Numbered from the stretch's first letter, positions 1 through 9,319 are shown. The stretch is 64,000 bases of DNA from an uncultured Methanosarcinales archaeon (GCA_964577685.1 CAZNZT010000003.1:11083-75082), one strand, 5' to 3'. The notes: a model not told the origin generated them from the letters alone. Numbers and translations are program-made.

Positions 1-1529
1 TCTTTTGCTAGGTTTAGGGCATCTTTGGGCATCTGTGTTATACCATCAGATATTATTATTATGTTTTTACTTCCTTGGGCGTTCTTTAGAAGATTGACAG
101 CTCTTCTTAGCCCAGCAAAAACAAGGGTTCCACCAGTATCCTTCAATGAAGATATTTTTCTTGAGAGATTTCCGGTCTGCCCTAGCTTGGTTAGAGGTGA
201 TACAAGATAGGCGTTATGATTGAAAGCAATTACACCTATATTGTCTTCCAAGTTCAAACTGGTGAGTAGGTTAATAGCTAGTGCTTTTTCAACATCAATT
301 TTCTTATTGTAGCTTGTTTCAGAAAAACCAAACCCAGTGCTTTCTGAGATATCAATAACCAGTACAACATTTACCTTTCTGCCTTTTGATTTTTTTCCTA
401 GACCTACTTGTGCGGGTAGAATACTCTCAAAATAGCTACCCTTGTAGTTTCCTTTGTTAAATGAATTTTCACCCCCTATAACTATTAGACCTTTGCCTTT
501 TTCTCCTACATAATCACTTATAATATCTACATCTTTATTATTAATTTTGTTTGCGTTTATGTCATTAAGTATAACAGCATGGTACTTTTTAATATCCTCC
601 GGTATTGAGCTTACCACATCAAGGGAATAAATAGAACCCAGCGCTTCTTTTAGGGGACTCTCTTTTTCTGTAACAAACAATATTTTAGGTCTTGGTAATG
701 CTTCAACTGTCTTATAATAGACATTGTTCTCTTCAAAGTAATCTTCGTCTACATTTCTTAACCTTGCCCATATCTTATGATAACCCAAACTAAAACGCCA
801 ACTAAACTCCTTGTTTTTATCTAAGCTAACCTGCTTTCCATCAACAAATACTTCTAGAGTATATTTTAGATTTCCTATATTGTGTATGTTTACTCTAAAC
901 TTATTCTCTGTTTGTACAATTACTTGTGATGGGCCGTCAATGGTTATAGCTACATCTTTTTTAATTGGTTTTAGGTTTAGTGTATGGATTGAACTGTTTA
1001 GAATTGAACTGAATAGTATTATATCACCAAGATCACTACCTTGATTGTTATAACCATCACTAATAACCAGGATGTTGTCTTTTCCTTCTATGTTTTGTAA
1101 TATGCCATCTCCTATTGGAGAAAGTTCACCATGAGCTATATACCTTAAATTAACCGGAAAATATTTCTCTAGTTGTTCTTTTAACCTTGTTGCTATTGAG
1201 GTATCAAATATTTCAAAAGAACTGGAATTATCAGCGAGTATGGTGAGTTTTGGGTTTCCTTCTGTTGTTGTTTCTATTAGCTTATATGGAGTTGCAATTG
1301 CGATTAGTATTGAGAGAAATATAATTGTTCTAAGTATTATAAATACGATTCTGTCCACTAGATGATTTTTTATGAAGATTTTTTTCTCTTCCTTGTCTTT
1401 GAATTTTACGAATGTTATAAAAGAAACAAAGGCTACAATCAGAGCTAGAGGAATTATCGCAATCAAAATGGGAGAGTTAGCTAGGCAATATTCTCTTATA
1501 CAAAACTTTGTTGTAATCTCCTGTAACAT
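1..1529 (-). CDS. VWA-domain membrane protein (BatB-like), partial; C-terminus runs off the left edge
   Basis: Not in the ORF track because there is no stop inside the window. I translated the minus strand from ATG 1529-1527; spot-checked stretches at both ends are open, down to position 3. Product starts MLQEITTKFCIREYC..., has a TM segment and two MIDAS-like DxSxS motifs (ILADNSSSF, VLVIDISESTG), and reads ...IIISDGITQMPKDALNLAK at the edge. Its start overlaps the upstream stop (TAATG). Confidence 0.7.
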   Translation of the reverse strand, partial: MLQEITTKFCIREYCLANSPILIAIIPLALIVAFVSFITFVKFKDKEEKKIFIKNHLVDRIVFIILRTIIFLSILIAIATPYKLIETTTEGNPKLTILADNSSSFEIFDTSIATRLKEQLEKYFPVNLRYIAHGELSPIGDGILQNIEGKDNILVISDGYNNQGSDLGDIILFSSILNSSIHTLNLKPIKKDVAITIDGPSQVIVQTENKFRVNIHNIGNLKYTLEVFVDGKQVSLDKNKEFSWRFSLGYHKIWARLRNVDEDYFEENNVYYKTVEALPRPKILFVTEKESPLKEALGSIYSLDVVSSIPEDIKKYHAVILNDINANKINNKDVDIISDYVGEKGKGLIVIGGENSFNKGNYKGSYFESILPAQVGLGKKSKGRKVNVVLVIDISESTGFGFSETSYNKKIDVEKALAINLLTSLNLEDNIGVIAFNHNAYLVSPLTKLGQTGNLSRKISSLKDTGGTLVFAGLRRAVNLLKNAQGSKNIIIISDGITQMPKDALNLAK

Positions 1530-3373
1530 TATAAATCTCCTCTAGATTTTATATAAAAAAACTCAATAAGCAATATTATTATGCCTATTACCAGTAATGT
1601 ATTATCCAAGTAAAAGGTCTCCGTATCCTTTCCCTTTTCAATTTGAATATTCTTTAGTTCACTCTCTATTTTTATATCTCCTTGGTTTACATTGCTTTCT
1701 TCCTCACTTAGCAGATTTACTGCAATCTTTTTGTGATTGAATTCATAGAAACCAACATTGTCCAGCAATAGCTTATCTGTTTTTATCATCCCTTCAGGTG
1801 TTCTAATATTCTGTTCATTTATGATGAGTGTTTTACCAGTTTTTTGGTTATATTCTTTTATGTCTTTTCTGTCTGTCAGGTAGCCTATTAGGTTGTACCA
1901 GAATATAGGGTAGAGCGGAGTAGAATAAAAGCTAGAGTATTTGTCAATTATTCCGTTATAGATTATTTTTCCTGTTCCTAATTTCATCTCTGTAAGCAAA
2001 GGAGAATTATCGCTTTCTGCACTTAGCATAGTAACTGTATTGTTCCATGCTTTTCCTTTTATATACTTGTTTATTGTAGCAAAACAAGGTTCTTCAGAAA
2101 ATGGGTCTCTTGGAAAGACACTTCCTATAAGGTCAACGCACATTGTGGTTGGCTTGTTTGATAGCTCTATTATGTTAAGGGGCAACATGCCTAGCCAATC
2201 TATCTGTGCAATATCTTCTTGAGCTACTATTATTAGTTTTCCCCCATGCTTTGCATATTTTTTTATATCCATCATATCAGTAGGTACAAAAAGCTTTTTT
2301 GTTATATCACTTATTATGATTATATCATGGTTGATATTATATGCATTTATAGCTGGGGGTTCTCTTATTTCTAAATCAACTTCGGGCATTGATTCTAGTG
2401 CTGCCCTTATTGGTGAACCATCCGGATAGTTCGTTATTAGGAGGATTTTAATTGTTTTCTTTGTAGGCGAGCTTATATAAGCTGTGTTGTCTAATTCTAA
2501 GTCATCTTTTGTATCTAAACGGATTTTGCTTAGTCTATTTGGTGTTTTGAATGTTATTTTTTCTTTGGAATCCTTTAGGATCTTGACCTTCCTGCTGGCT
2601 ATTTTTTTGTTATTTTGACTTAGTATCGCATTCACTTCTTTATCATTTTCTTCATAGTTTTTGATTTCTACTACCGTTTCATCTTTACTTATTATAAGGT
2701 TTGTAATGCCAATATTGTTTGCTTTTTCTCTTATTTTAATGAATTTCACAACATTTCCTTTTGCCTCAAGTGTTTTTTTTGCTGTTAATAAATCAGATCC
2801 TTCTGTTTGTATAAAATCACTTATTACGGTAACAACTCCTTTTTTGTTTTCAAGTAGGTCATTTGCTAGTAAGATAGCATCACCTAAATTGGTTGTTGTT
2901 GCTTTTGGTGTTAGTTTATTTATTATGCTGTTTGCTTCCCCACTTGAACCACTTTCCAGCACTACTAGGGGAACGTTTTCTGCTAGAATTATTGTGTTTC
3001 TTATGCCAAGATTATCTTTGGCTTTTTCTATTGCTTTTTGGAATCTTGTAGTTGAACCTTCCTTTGTTTGCATACTAGCACTTGCGTCTATGATAATAAT
3101 GCTGTTTTTTATCATTACTTTGTGGGGGATTTCTATATAGGGAGCGGCTACGGAGAAAGCTAGTACCACTATTGCAAAAAGTTGTATTATCAGAAGTAAG
3201 TTTCTCAGAAGTTTTTGTAGAAAGGATGCTTTTCTTGATTTTTGTTTTTCTTTTAGAATAAACATAAGAGATGGTACAATCTTTTCAAAGCTTTTAGGCC
3301 TTATTAGATATATCAATATGAATGGCACTAAAAAAAACAGTGCATATAGGCCAATAGGATTATTGAATGGCAT
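1529..3373 (-). CDS. BatA-like membrane-anchored VWA-domain protein
   Basis: N-terminus NPIGLYALFFLVPFILIYLIRPK resembles the BatA-type N-terminal anchor. MIDAS-like IIIIDASASMQ. C-terminal TM segment LLVIGIIILLIEFFYI. Confidence 0.75.
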   Translation of the reverse strand: MPFNNPIGLYALFFLVPFILIYLIRPKSFEKIVPSLMFILKEKQKSRKASFLQKLLRNLLLIIQLFAIVVLAFSVAAPYIEIPHKVMIKNSIIIIDASASMQTKEGSTTRFQKAIEKAKDNLGIRNTIILAENVPLVVLESGSSGEANSIINKLTPKATTTNLGDAILLANDLLENKKGVVTVISDFIQTEGSDLLTAKKTLEAKGNVVKFIKIREKANNIGITNLIISKDETVVEIKNYEENDKEVNAILSQNNKKIASRKVKILKDSKEKITFKTPNRLSKIRLDTKDDLELDNTAYISSPTKKTIKILLITNYPDGSPIRAALESMPEVDLEIREPPAINAYNINHDIIIISDITKKLFVPTDMMDIKKYAKHGGKLIIVAQEDIAQIDWLGMLPLNIIELSNKPTTMCVDLIGSVFPRDPFSEEPCFATINKYIKGKAWNNTVTMLSAESDNSPLLTEMKLGTGKIIYNGIIDKYSSFYSTPLYPIFWYNLIGYLTDRKDIKEYNQKTGKTLIINEQNIRTPEGMIKTDKLLLDNVGFYEFNHKKIAVNLLSEEESNVNQGDIKIESELKNIQIEKGKDTETFYLDNTLLVIGIIILLIEFFYIKSRGDL

Positions 3374-3432
3374 CTTTAATAATGAATCTTAGAGCTATTA
3401 GCTTGTTTATGATTATTTAAATATTAATTACT

Positions 3433-3552
3433 TCAATACAGTGGTCTTTCCCTTTCTGTAAGGTTTAGCTCTATCATATCTTGTTTTTTTAGTAAATCTT
3501 CAATATCTTTTTGTGTTTTACCCATTACTTTCATTAAGTCTTGTATTTTCAT
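3433..3552 (-). CDS. 39-aa hypothetical micro-ORF directly downstream of the AbrB-like gene
   Basis: Manual translation: MKIQDLMKVMGKTQKDIEDLLKKQDMIELNLTERERPLY. The ATG lies 2 nt after the upstream stop. No recognisable family. Confidence 0.2.
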   Translation of the reverse strand: MKIQDLMKVMGKTQKDIEDLLKKQDMIELNLTERERPLY

Positions 3553-3554
3553 TT

Positions 3555-3767
3555 TTACCTCCTTTTTTCTTTGGGCTGTTTGTTTTTTAATTTTACTTCT
3601 AAGTCCTTTGGGTTTACAAGTTCTTTCACGACAATTAGGCTGTTACCTAGTTCATACCAATAGACTTCAGAGTTTAGTTTAATACCTAGGTCACGCCTTG
3701 CTTCATAGGGTAATGTAACTTGTCCCTGTCTTGTTAATTTTGATTTTCCTATGAATTTTGCTTTCAT
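3555..3767 (-). CDS. AbrB/MazE/SpoVT-type DNA-binding protein (antitoxin-like)
   Basis: 70 aa. SKLTRQGQVTLPYEARRDLGIKLNSEVYW fits the swapped-hairpin AbrB/SpoVT pattern. Basic C-terminal tail. Confidence 0.6.
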   Translation of the reverse strand: MKAKFIGKSKLTRQGQVTLPYEARRDLGIKLNSEVYWYELGNSLIVVKELVNPKDLEVKLKNKQPKEKRR

Positions 3768-4007
3768 TCTACTTATTATGATTATTAATCTTAATAATTA
3801 TATTATTATTTTTATTTATATTAAAAATATTAAAATTAATAATCATATATTTAAAGTTTACGCTTTTCTAGTTATTTTTTGTATGTTGTTTTAAAGAGAA
3901 TTCTATTAATGATGCATTTTTCTAAAATTTAAATATTCATTAAATCCAGTAAATAGAAAATAATATAAATATAAAACTATTCTGCTACTCTGTCTGGGAG
4001 GGATATT

Positions 4008-5882
4008 ATGAAGGAATTGATATTGCATGTGGATAATGTATCTTATGAGGTTAAATCAAAGACAAAGTTTTCAGGGTACGATAAAGATATAAAGAATAAG
4101 GATGGAATGGAAGAGGCTTTATTTGTAGCTATCTCTGTGGAGAAGAGAGATGAGAAGAACATAGGACAAGTGGTTAAGAAGGCAGTTAAGGACTTAAAGG
4201 ATGTTGCAGAGAAGGTGAAGACAAAGAACATTATGCTCTACCCATATGTACATCTCCTCTTTGGTTCAGAACCTGCTTCTCCTACCCAATGTATCAAGCT
4301 ATTGGACCTAATGGAAAGTGAATTAAGGAATAATGGGTTTAATGTTAAAAGGTCTCCATTTGGATTCTATAAAGCCTTTGAGTTGAAGGTAAAGGGACAT
4401 CCTTTGTCTGAGTTAAGTAGAGAGTTCGCTCCTGGTGATGAAACAGAGGAAGAAACTGAAGCAGTAAAAAAAGAGAGAAAATTGACTTCTTATTGGTATA
4501 TCCTGACTGAGGATGGTACCCTCCATGATGTTGGTAAGTTTGATTATAGCAAATACGGGAAGCTAAAGAAGTTTGCATTTTATGAAAAGGAAAAGTCAAG
4601 GCTTGTTAAAGAAGAACCACCACATGTTAGGCTAATGAAAAAGTTGGAGCTTGTGGATTACGAACCTGCTTCTGATGCCGGCAATCTTAGGTATTATCCA
4701 AAAGGAAGGCTGATAAAAAAATTGATTGAGGAATATGTAAGTAGGAGAGTTATAGAGTATGGTGGGGTTGAGGTAGAGACTCCTATAATGTACGATATGC
4801 AACATCCTACACTCTCAAAATATCTCCAAAGGTTTCCTGCTAGGCAGTATCAGATAGAATCAGATAAGAGAAGGTTTTTCTTGAGGTTTGCAGCATGCTT
4901 TGGCCAGTTTTTGATGGCACATGATGCTACTATTAGTTATAAAGACTTGCCACTTAAACTGTATGAGCTGACTAGGTACTCTTTTAGAAGAGAGCAATCT
5001 GGGGAATTAACTGGACTGAGGAGATTAAGGGCATTCACTATGCCAGATGTTCATGCAATAGTATCTGATTTAGACCAAGCTATGGATGAGTTTAAGGTAA
5101 GGTTTGATTTGTGTCTTGATGTTCTAAATAAGATAGGTATAAACCAAGAGGATTTAGAGATGGCTCTTAGGACAACAAAGGATTTTTTTAATAAGAACAA
5201 GGAGTTTATCATTAATCTAGTAAAAAAATTTGGCAAACCAATTTTATTGGAAATGTGGGATGAAAGGATATTTTATTTTATTTTGAAGTATGAGTTTAAT
5301 TTTGTTGATAATTTGGATAAGGCTTCTGCTTTGAGTACAGACCAGATTGATATTGAGAATGGAGAGAGGTATAATATAAGGTTTGTTGACAGAAATGGCA
5401 AGTCTAGACATCCTTTAATATTACATTGTAGCCCTTCTGGGGCTATTGAGAGGGTAATGTATGCATTGTTGGAGAAAGCAGAATTTGATAAGAAGGATGG
5501 GATGGTTCCTATGCTCCCACTATGGCTGAGCCCTACCCAGGTTAGGGTAATTCCAGTATCTGATGAATTCTTAGATTACGCCATGGAAATAACAGATAAC
5601 TTAAGAAAAAATAACATCAGGGCTGATATAGATGATAGAACATTACATGTTGGAAAGAAGATTAGGGAGGCTGAAGTTGAGTGGTGTTCTACAATCGTGG
5701 TTATAGGTGAGAAAGAAATAAAAAGTAAGAAGCTTCCTGTAAGGGTACGGGGAAAGAAAGAGCTTGTTGAGATGACAACTACAGAATTAATTGATTATAT
5801 AAAAAAGAAAACATGGGGAATGCCATTTCAGCAGTTGCCCTTACCGAAGAGGTTAAGCAAGAGACCTGTTTTTGTTGGTTAA
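4008..5882 (+). CDS. thrS: threonyl-tRNA synthetase, archaeal type with N-terminal editing domain
   Basis: 624 aa. Class II core (FRREQSGELTGLRRLRAFTMPDVH), C-terminal anticodon-binding domain (QVRVIPVSDEFLDYAMEITDNLR), and an archaeal-style N-terminal domain instead of the bacterial TGS/N2 layout. Confidence 0.9.
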   Translation: MKELILHVDNVSYEVKSKTKFSGYDKDIKNKDGMEEALFVAISVEKRDEKNIGQVVKKAVKDLKDVAEKVKTKNIMLYPYVHLLFGSEPASPTQCIKLLDLMESELRNNGFNVKRSPFGFYKAFELKVKGHPLSELSREFAPGDETEEETEAVKKERKLTSYWYILTEDGTLHDVGKFDYSKYGKLKKFAFYEKEKSRLVKEEPPHVRLMKKLELVDYEPASDAGNLRYYPKGRLIKKLIEEYVSRRVIEYGGVEVETPIMYDMQHPTLSKYLQRFPARQYQIESDKRRFFLRFAACFGQFLMAHDATISYKDLPLKLYELTRYSFRREQSGELTGLRRLRAFTMPDVHAIVSDLDQAMDEFKVRFDLCLDVLNKIGINQEDLEMALRTTKDFFNKNKEFIINLVKKFGKPILLEMWDERIFYFILKYEFNFVDNLDKASALSTDQIDIENGERYNIRFVDRNGKSRHPLILHCSPSGAIERVMYALLEKAEFDKKDGMVPMLPLWLSPTQVRVIPVSDEFLDYAMEITDNLRKNNIRADIDDRTLHVGKKIREAEVEWCSTIVVIGEKEIKSKKLPVRVRGKKELVEMTTTELIDYIKKKTWGMPFQQLPLPKRLSKRPVFVG

Positions 5883-7732
5883 TTTTTTTCTGTTTTCTTT
5901 AGTGCTTGTAACAATCCAACGACCTTTTCTTCTTCCCCTCTTCTGAATACATATACTCTACCTCTAGATTCAAAACCATAATCTTCAAGAGTTTTTATAA
6001 GACCATTTGGCTCTATGCCCTCTTTTATTTCATCTAAGAAACTATTCCATCTTCTTCTATTTTTAATTCCTAATCTTGGACCAATAGAATTGTAGGAGTC
6101 CCTTAGTGTTCTTAATCCCAACCCTTCCATTCTGGCTTTAAGTTCTTCATAGGAGCTTAGATAGAATCCTTCTTTATCCCTCCTAATTACTCCTGAGTTT
6201 ATTATTTCCCTTCTTCCTTCGGGGGTTAATATTCTGAGTTCTGCTCTGAGAAGTCTTTCTATTGTGCTTCTGTTTACTCTGTTATTGTATCCCCTTGCTG
6301 GATTAGTGCTAAGATATTCTCCTAATACTTTGGCTGCTTTCATTTCTCTTAGTTCGCCTATAGCTTGCTCTTGTAGTTGTCTGACCCTTTCCCTTGTTAG
6401 TCCGAGTCGTTTTCCTACCTCTTCAAGAGTATGTATATATCCGTCAGGTATTCCAAATCTCATCTTTATTATTATTCTCTCCCTTTCCGGTAGTTCACCT
6501 ATAAGCTTTCTTACCCACTCCGCTAGGTCCATTCTTTCTACTTCTTGAGATGGTGTTGTATCATATCTTGGAACAGAGCTTTTTATTGTTGGGCTGGCAT
6601 CCAGACTAGGTTTATACCCCATCATATGCAATAACGAGAGTTCCTCTTCTATCACTCTTTCTGGTTTGCCTGTTGCTTCTGCTAGTTCTTCTATAGATGG
6701 ATGTTTTCCGTTACCTGTTGGGTTTGCTCTTCTTTTGTGAAGATCCCTCGTTGATTTTATTTTATATTCTGGTATATATATTGGGTTTTGTGTTTTTTCT
6801 GCAGCTCTTGTTATTCTTTGTTTTATCCACGGGATGGCATATGTGGAAAATTTGCAACCAGCACCCGGCTCAAATCTTTCAGCAGCCATCATTAGTCCTA
6901 TGTTTCCTTCTCCTATAAGATCAAAAGAAGGTAAACCTGATTTATACTTTTTTGCGATATTTACCACTAATCTTAGATTATGGTTTACTAATGTTTGCAA
7001 GGCTCTGATATAGCTTTCTCTTGTCCTGTCAATCAATCTTAGGTATCTATTTAGCATTCTTTCTAATAGCTCATAATCGGCTTTTGGATTATACCGTTCT
7101 GTTGGTAGCCCTAGCAATAGAAGAGCGTTTCTGCCATTTGGTTTGTTTGATGCTCCATTATTTTGTTCTTGTATAATACTTTCAATCTCCTTAATATCTA
7201 TTATATCTAGACCAAGCTCTGAGATAAGTCTAGCACCATTTCTTATTCTTCTGGCAATCCTTCCAGCAATCTGTTCTTCCTTTTTGCTCCTGTATCCTGG
7301 GTTTTTTCTTGCATAGGAGGAATACCTTCTAAAGTCTTCTATATTCTTTCTTAGTAGTGCATCAATTGTTCTGCTATTTGCTTCATGTAAGCGTTTCCAT
7401 TTTCTTATGTCAAAATTCCTTACAACAGGATTCTTTTTAGACCTGTTTTTCTTGATAGGGTTTCTCTCTAAAGCTGTTACCCACACATATGGGATTCTAA
7501 GTAGCGCTAGTGCATAGGTTTCCCTTCTTCTTTTTATTCTTTCAGCAATAGCTCTTTCTTCTTCGGGGCTTAGTAGCGCGTATTTACTGATTTCTTGGAA
7601 ATACTTTTGTAGAAATGAGCTAGTATGCGTGGCTTTATCTCTCTCTTCGGCTGTAATTTTATCTGTGTTAGTTAAATTAGAGTCTTGTTCTATTGGTTCA
7701 GATATGAAGGATATTGTTTCAGCAGCCTCCAA
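5879..7732 (-). CDS. RpoD-like sigma-70 family protein with a ~150-aa C-terminal extension
   Basis: Region 1.2 (FLQKYFQEISKYALLSPEEERAIAERI). Regions 2.1-2.4 (NLRLVVNIAKKYKSGLPSFDLIGEGNIGLMMAAERFEPGAGCKFSTYAIPWIKQRITRAAE). Region 3 (SIEELAEATGKPERVIEE). Region 4 (ERERIIIKMRFGIPDGYIHTLEEVGKRLGLTRERVRQLQEQAIGELR). TTG start preceded by GGGTGGT. Confidence 0.85.
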   Translation of the reverse strand: MEAAETISFISEPIEQDSNLTNTDKITAEERDKATHTSSFLQKYFQEISKYALLSPEEERAIAERIKRRRETYALALLRIPYVWVTALERNPIKKNRSKKNPVVRNFDIRKWKRLHEANSRTIDALLRKNIEDFRRYSSYARKNPGYRSKKEEQIAGRIARRIRNGARLISELGLDIIDIKEIESIIQEQNNGASNKPNGRNALLLLGLPTERYNPKADYELLERMLNRYLRLIDRTRESYIRALQTLVNHNLRLVVNIAKKYKSGLPSFDLIGEGNIGLMMAAERFEPGAGCKFSTYAIPWIKQRITRAAEKTQNPIYIPEYKIKSTRDLHKRRANPTGNGKHPSIEELAEATGKPERVIEEELSLLHMMGYKPSLDASPTIKSSVPRYDTTPSQEVERMDLAEWVRKLIGELPERERIIIKMRFGIPDGYIHTLEEVGKRLGLTRERVRQLQEQAIGELREMKAAKVLGEYLSTNPARGYNNRVNRSTIERLLRAELRILTPEGRREIINSGVIRRDKEGFYLSSYEELKARMEGLGLRTLRDSYNSIGPRLGIKNRRRWNSFLDEIKEGIEPNGLIKTLEDYGFESRGRVYVFRRGEEEKVVGLLQALKKTEKN

Positions 7733-7822
7733 CTAATACCACCCTAGTCAATATAGTTGCTTCTTAATTAATAAATCTTACTAAAAAATTTTGTCTTTAA
7801 CTATATTCATCAAAGTTTATCT

Positions 7823-8095
7823 TTATTTATTTGTTAGAATTTCAGCAATTTTGTCTGCAACTTCTTTTTTTCCTACAAGGCAGCCATCATATTTTGCTTT
7901 TCCTTCAACAACAGCCTTTGCAAATTCATCGCAACCTGCAAAGCCACAAGCTCCACAATTTACTCCTGGGAGGACATCTCTGATTTTTTTTACTATCCCT
8001 TCTTCATCTGGCTTAAATTTTTTTGAGGCCCAGCTAAGGAAAGCACCAAATATAAAGCCTAACAGACCCAAAACAGCTATTGGTTCTATTATCAT
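7823..8095 (-). CDS. rnfB: RnfB, minimal form (membrane anchor plus N-terminal Fe-S domain only)
   Basis: 90 aa. N-terminal TM, then CGACGFAGCDEFAKAVVEGKAKYDGC, the RnfB N-terminal Cys cluster. No ferredoxin-type CxxCxxCxxxCP motifs. Last gene in rnfCDGEAB order. Confidence 0.7.
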   Translation of the reverse strand: MIIEPIAVLGLLGFIFGAFLSWASKKFKPDEEGIVKKIRDVLPGVNCGACGFAGCDEFAKAVVEGKAKYDGCLVGKKEVADKIAEILTNK

Positions 8096-8670
8096 CTTAC
8101 CATCCCTGAGAATGCTAAAAATGCCATTGAGAGTATAGATGCGACAATAAATGCTATAGGCAAGCCTTCAAATGCTTTTGGAACTTTTGAGATTTCTAGC
8201 CTTTCTCTGATTCCAGACATTAGTGCTAATGCCAGTGTAAACCCGATTCCTGCACTTACCCCAAAAACAACAGCACCTATGAAGCTATAGTTCTCTTGTA
8301 TATTGAGTAAGGCTACTCCAAGAACTGCACAGTTTGTTGTTATCAAGGGTAGGTAGATACCTAATGCCCTATATAGTAGTGGATTTGATTTTTTTAGGAA
8401 TAATTCAACAAATTGTACTAGCGTTGCTATAACTAAGATAAATACAATTATTTTTAGGTATTCTATTTTTAATGGGACCAAAATAAAGTGGTACAATATC
8501 CATGTTACAATAGATGCTAGCGTCATAACAAATGTTACTGCTAAGCTCATTCCTAGTGCAGATTTTGTTTTTTTGCTAACACCAAAGAATGGACACAACC
8601 CAAGAAATCTTGTTAATATAAAGTTATTTACTAATATTGCACCAATCATTATCGCAATCAAGTTTTCCAT
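8092..8670 (-). CDS. rnfA: Rnf complex subunit A
   Basis: 192 aa polytopic membrane protein with typical RnfA/NqrE-like sequence (NNFILTRFLGLCPFFGVS; LPLITTNCAVLGVAL). Start overlaps the rnfE end region. Confidence 0.9.
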   Translation of the reverse strand: MENLIAIMIGAILVNNFILTRFLGLCPFFGVSKKTKSALGMSLAVTFVMTLASIVTWILYHFILVPLKIEYLKIIVFILVIATLVQFVELFLKKSNPLLYRALGIYLPLITTNCAVLGVALLNIQENYSFIGAVVFGVSAGIGFTLALALMSGIRERLEISKVPKAFEGLPIAFIVASILSMAFLAFSGMVR

Positions 8671-8671
8671 T

Positions 8672-9319
8672 TTAGCTTCCTGTTGTTTTTTCTTCTATTT
8701 TTTTATCTTGGTTTTTCTTAGATATTTGCGAATAAGCCCTAAAAAATGCTAAGAGCAACCCCATTATAAGTAATGCACCAGGAGCAAGGATAAATATCAT
8801 TGCAGGATTAATTTTTATGTTTATTATGCTAACACCAAATAGCTTTAATGAACCAGTGCCGAGAAGCTCTCTAAAAAAGCTGATTAATAGTAATGCTAGG
8901 GTAAATCCCACTCCTATGCCTAACCCATCTAATATAGACTCTGTAACATTGTTTTTGGAAGCAAATGCCTCTGCCCTACCCAGGATTATACAATTGACTA
9001 CAATCAATGGAACATAAATTCCTAGAGCTTTATTTAGTGTTGGGAAGAATGCCTGCATTATTAGACTTGCCATTGTGACAAATGAGGCGATAATTACAAT
9101 GAATGTTGGGATTCTTATTTTGTCAGAGATTTTTTTTCTTATCAGGCTTATTGTTGTATTTGAAAACACTAGGACAAAGATTACCGCTGTACCCATTCCT
9201 ATTGCATTATCTAGGCTTGTAGAAACAGCTAAGGCAGGACATAAGCCTAACACCATGCAGAATATTGGGTTCTGTTTGAATAGGCCTTTCCAAAATTCAA
9301 GGAGTTTGATTTGTTTCAT
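8672..9319 (-). CDS. rnfE: Rnf complex subunit E
   Basis: 215 aa. KGLFKQNPIFCMVLGLCPALAVSTS and VPLIVVNCIILGRAEAFA are typical of RnfE/NqrD. Confidence 0.9.
   Translation of the reverse strand: MKQIKLLEFWKGLFKQNPIFCMVLGLCPALAVSTSLDNAIGMGTAVIFVLVFSNTTISLIRKKISDKIRIPTFIVIIASFVTMASLIMQAFFPTLNKALGIYVPLIVVNCIILGRAEAFASKNNVTESILDGLGIGVGFTLALLLISFFRELLGTGSLKLFGVSIINIKINPAMIFILAPGALLIMGLLLAFFRAYSQISKKNQDKKIEEKTTGS

Noticed and set aside
2661-3140. 159-aa plus-strand ORF inside the VWA gene. Similar internal opposite-strand ORFs occur in rnfD, rnfC, the MFS gene, prs, polB, the oxidoreductase and the decarboxylase.
   Set aside because: Each lies entirely within a confidently identified gene on the other strand and has hydrophobic or low-complexity translations typical of AT-rich antisense frames.
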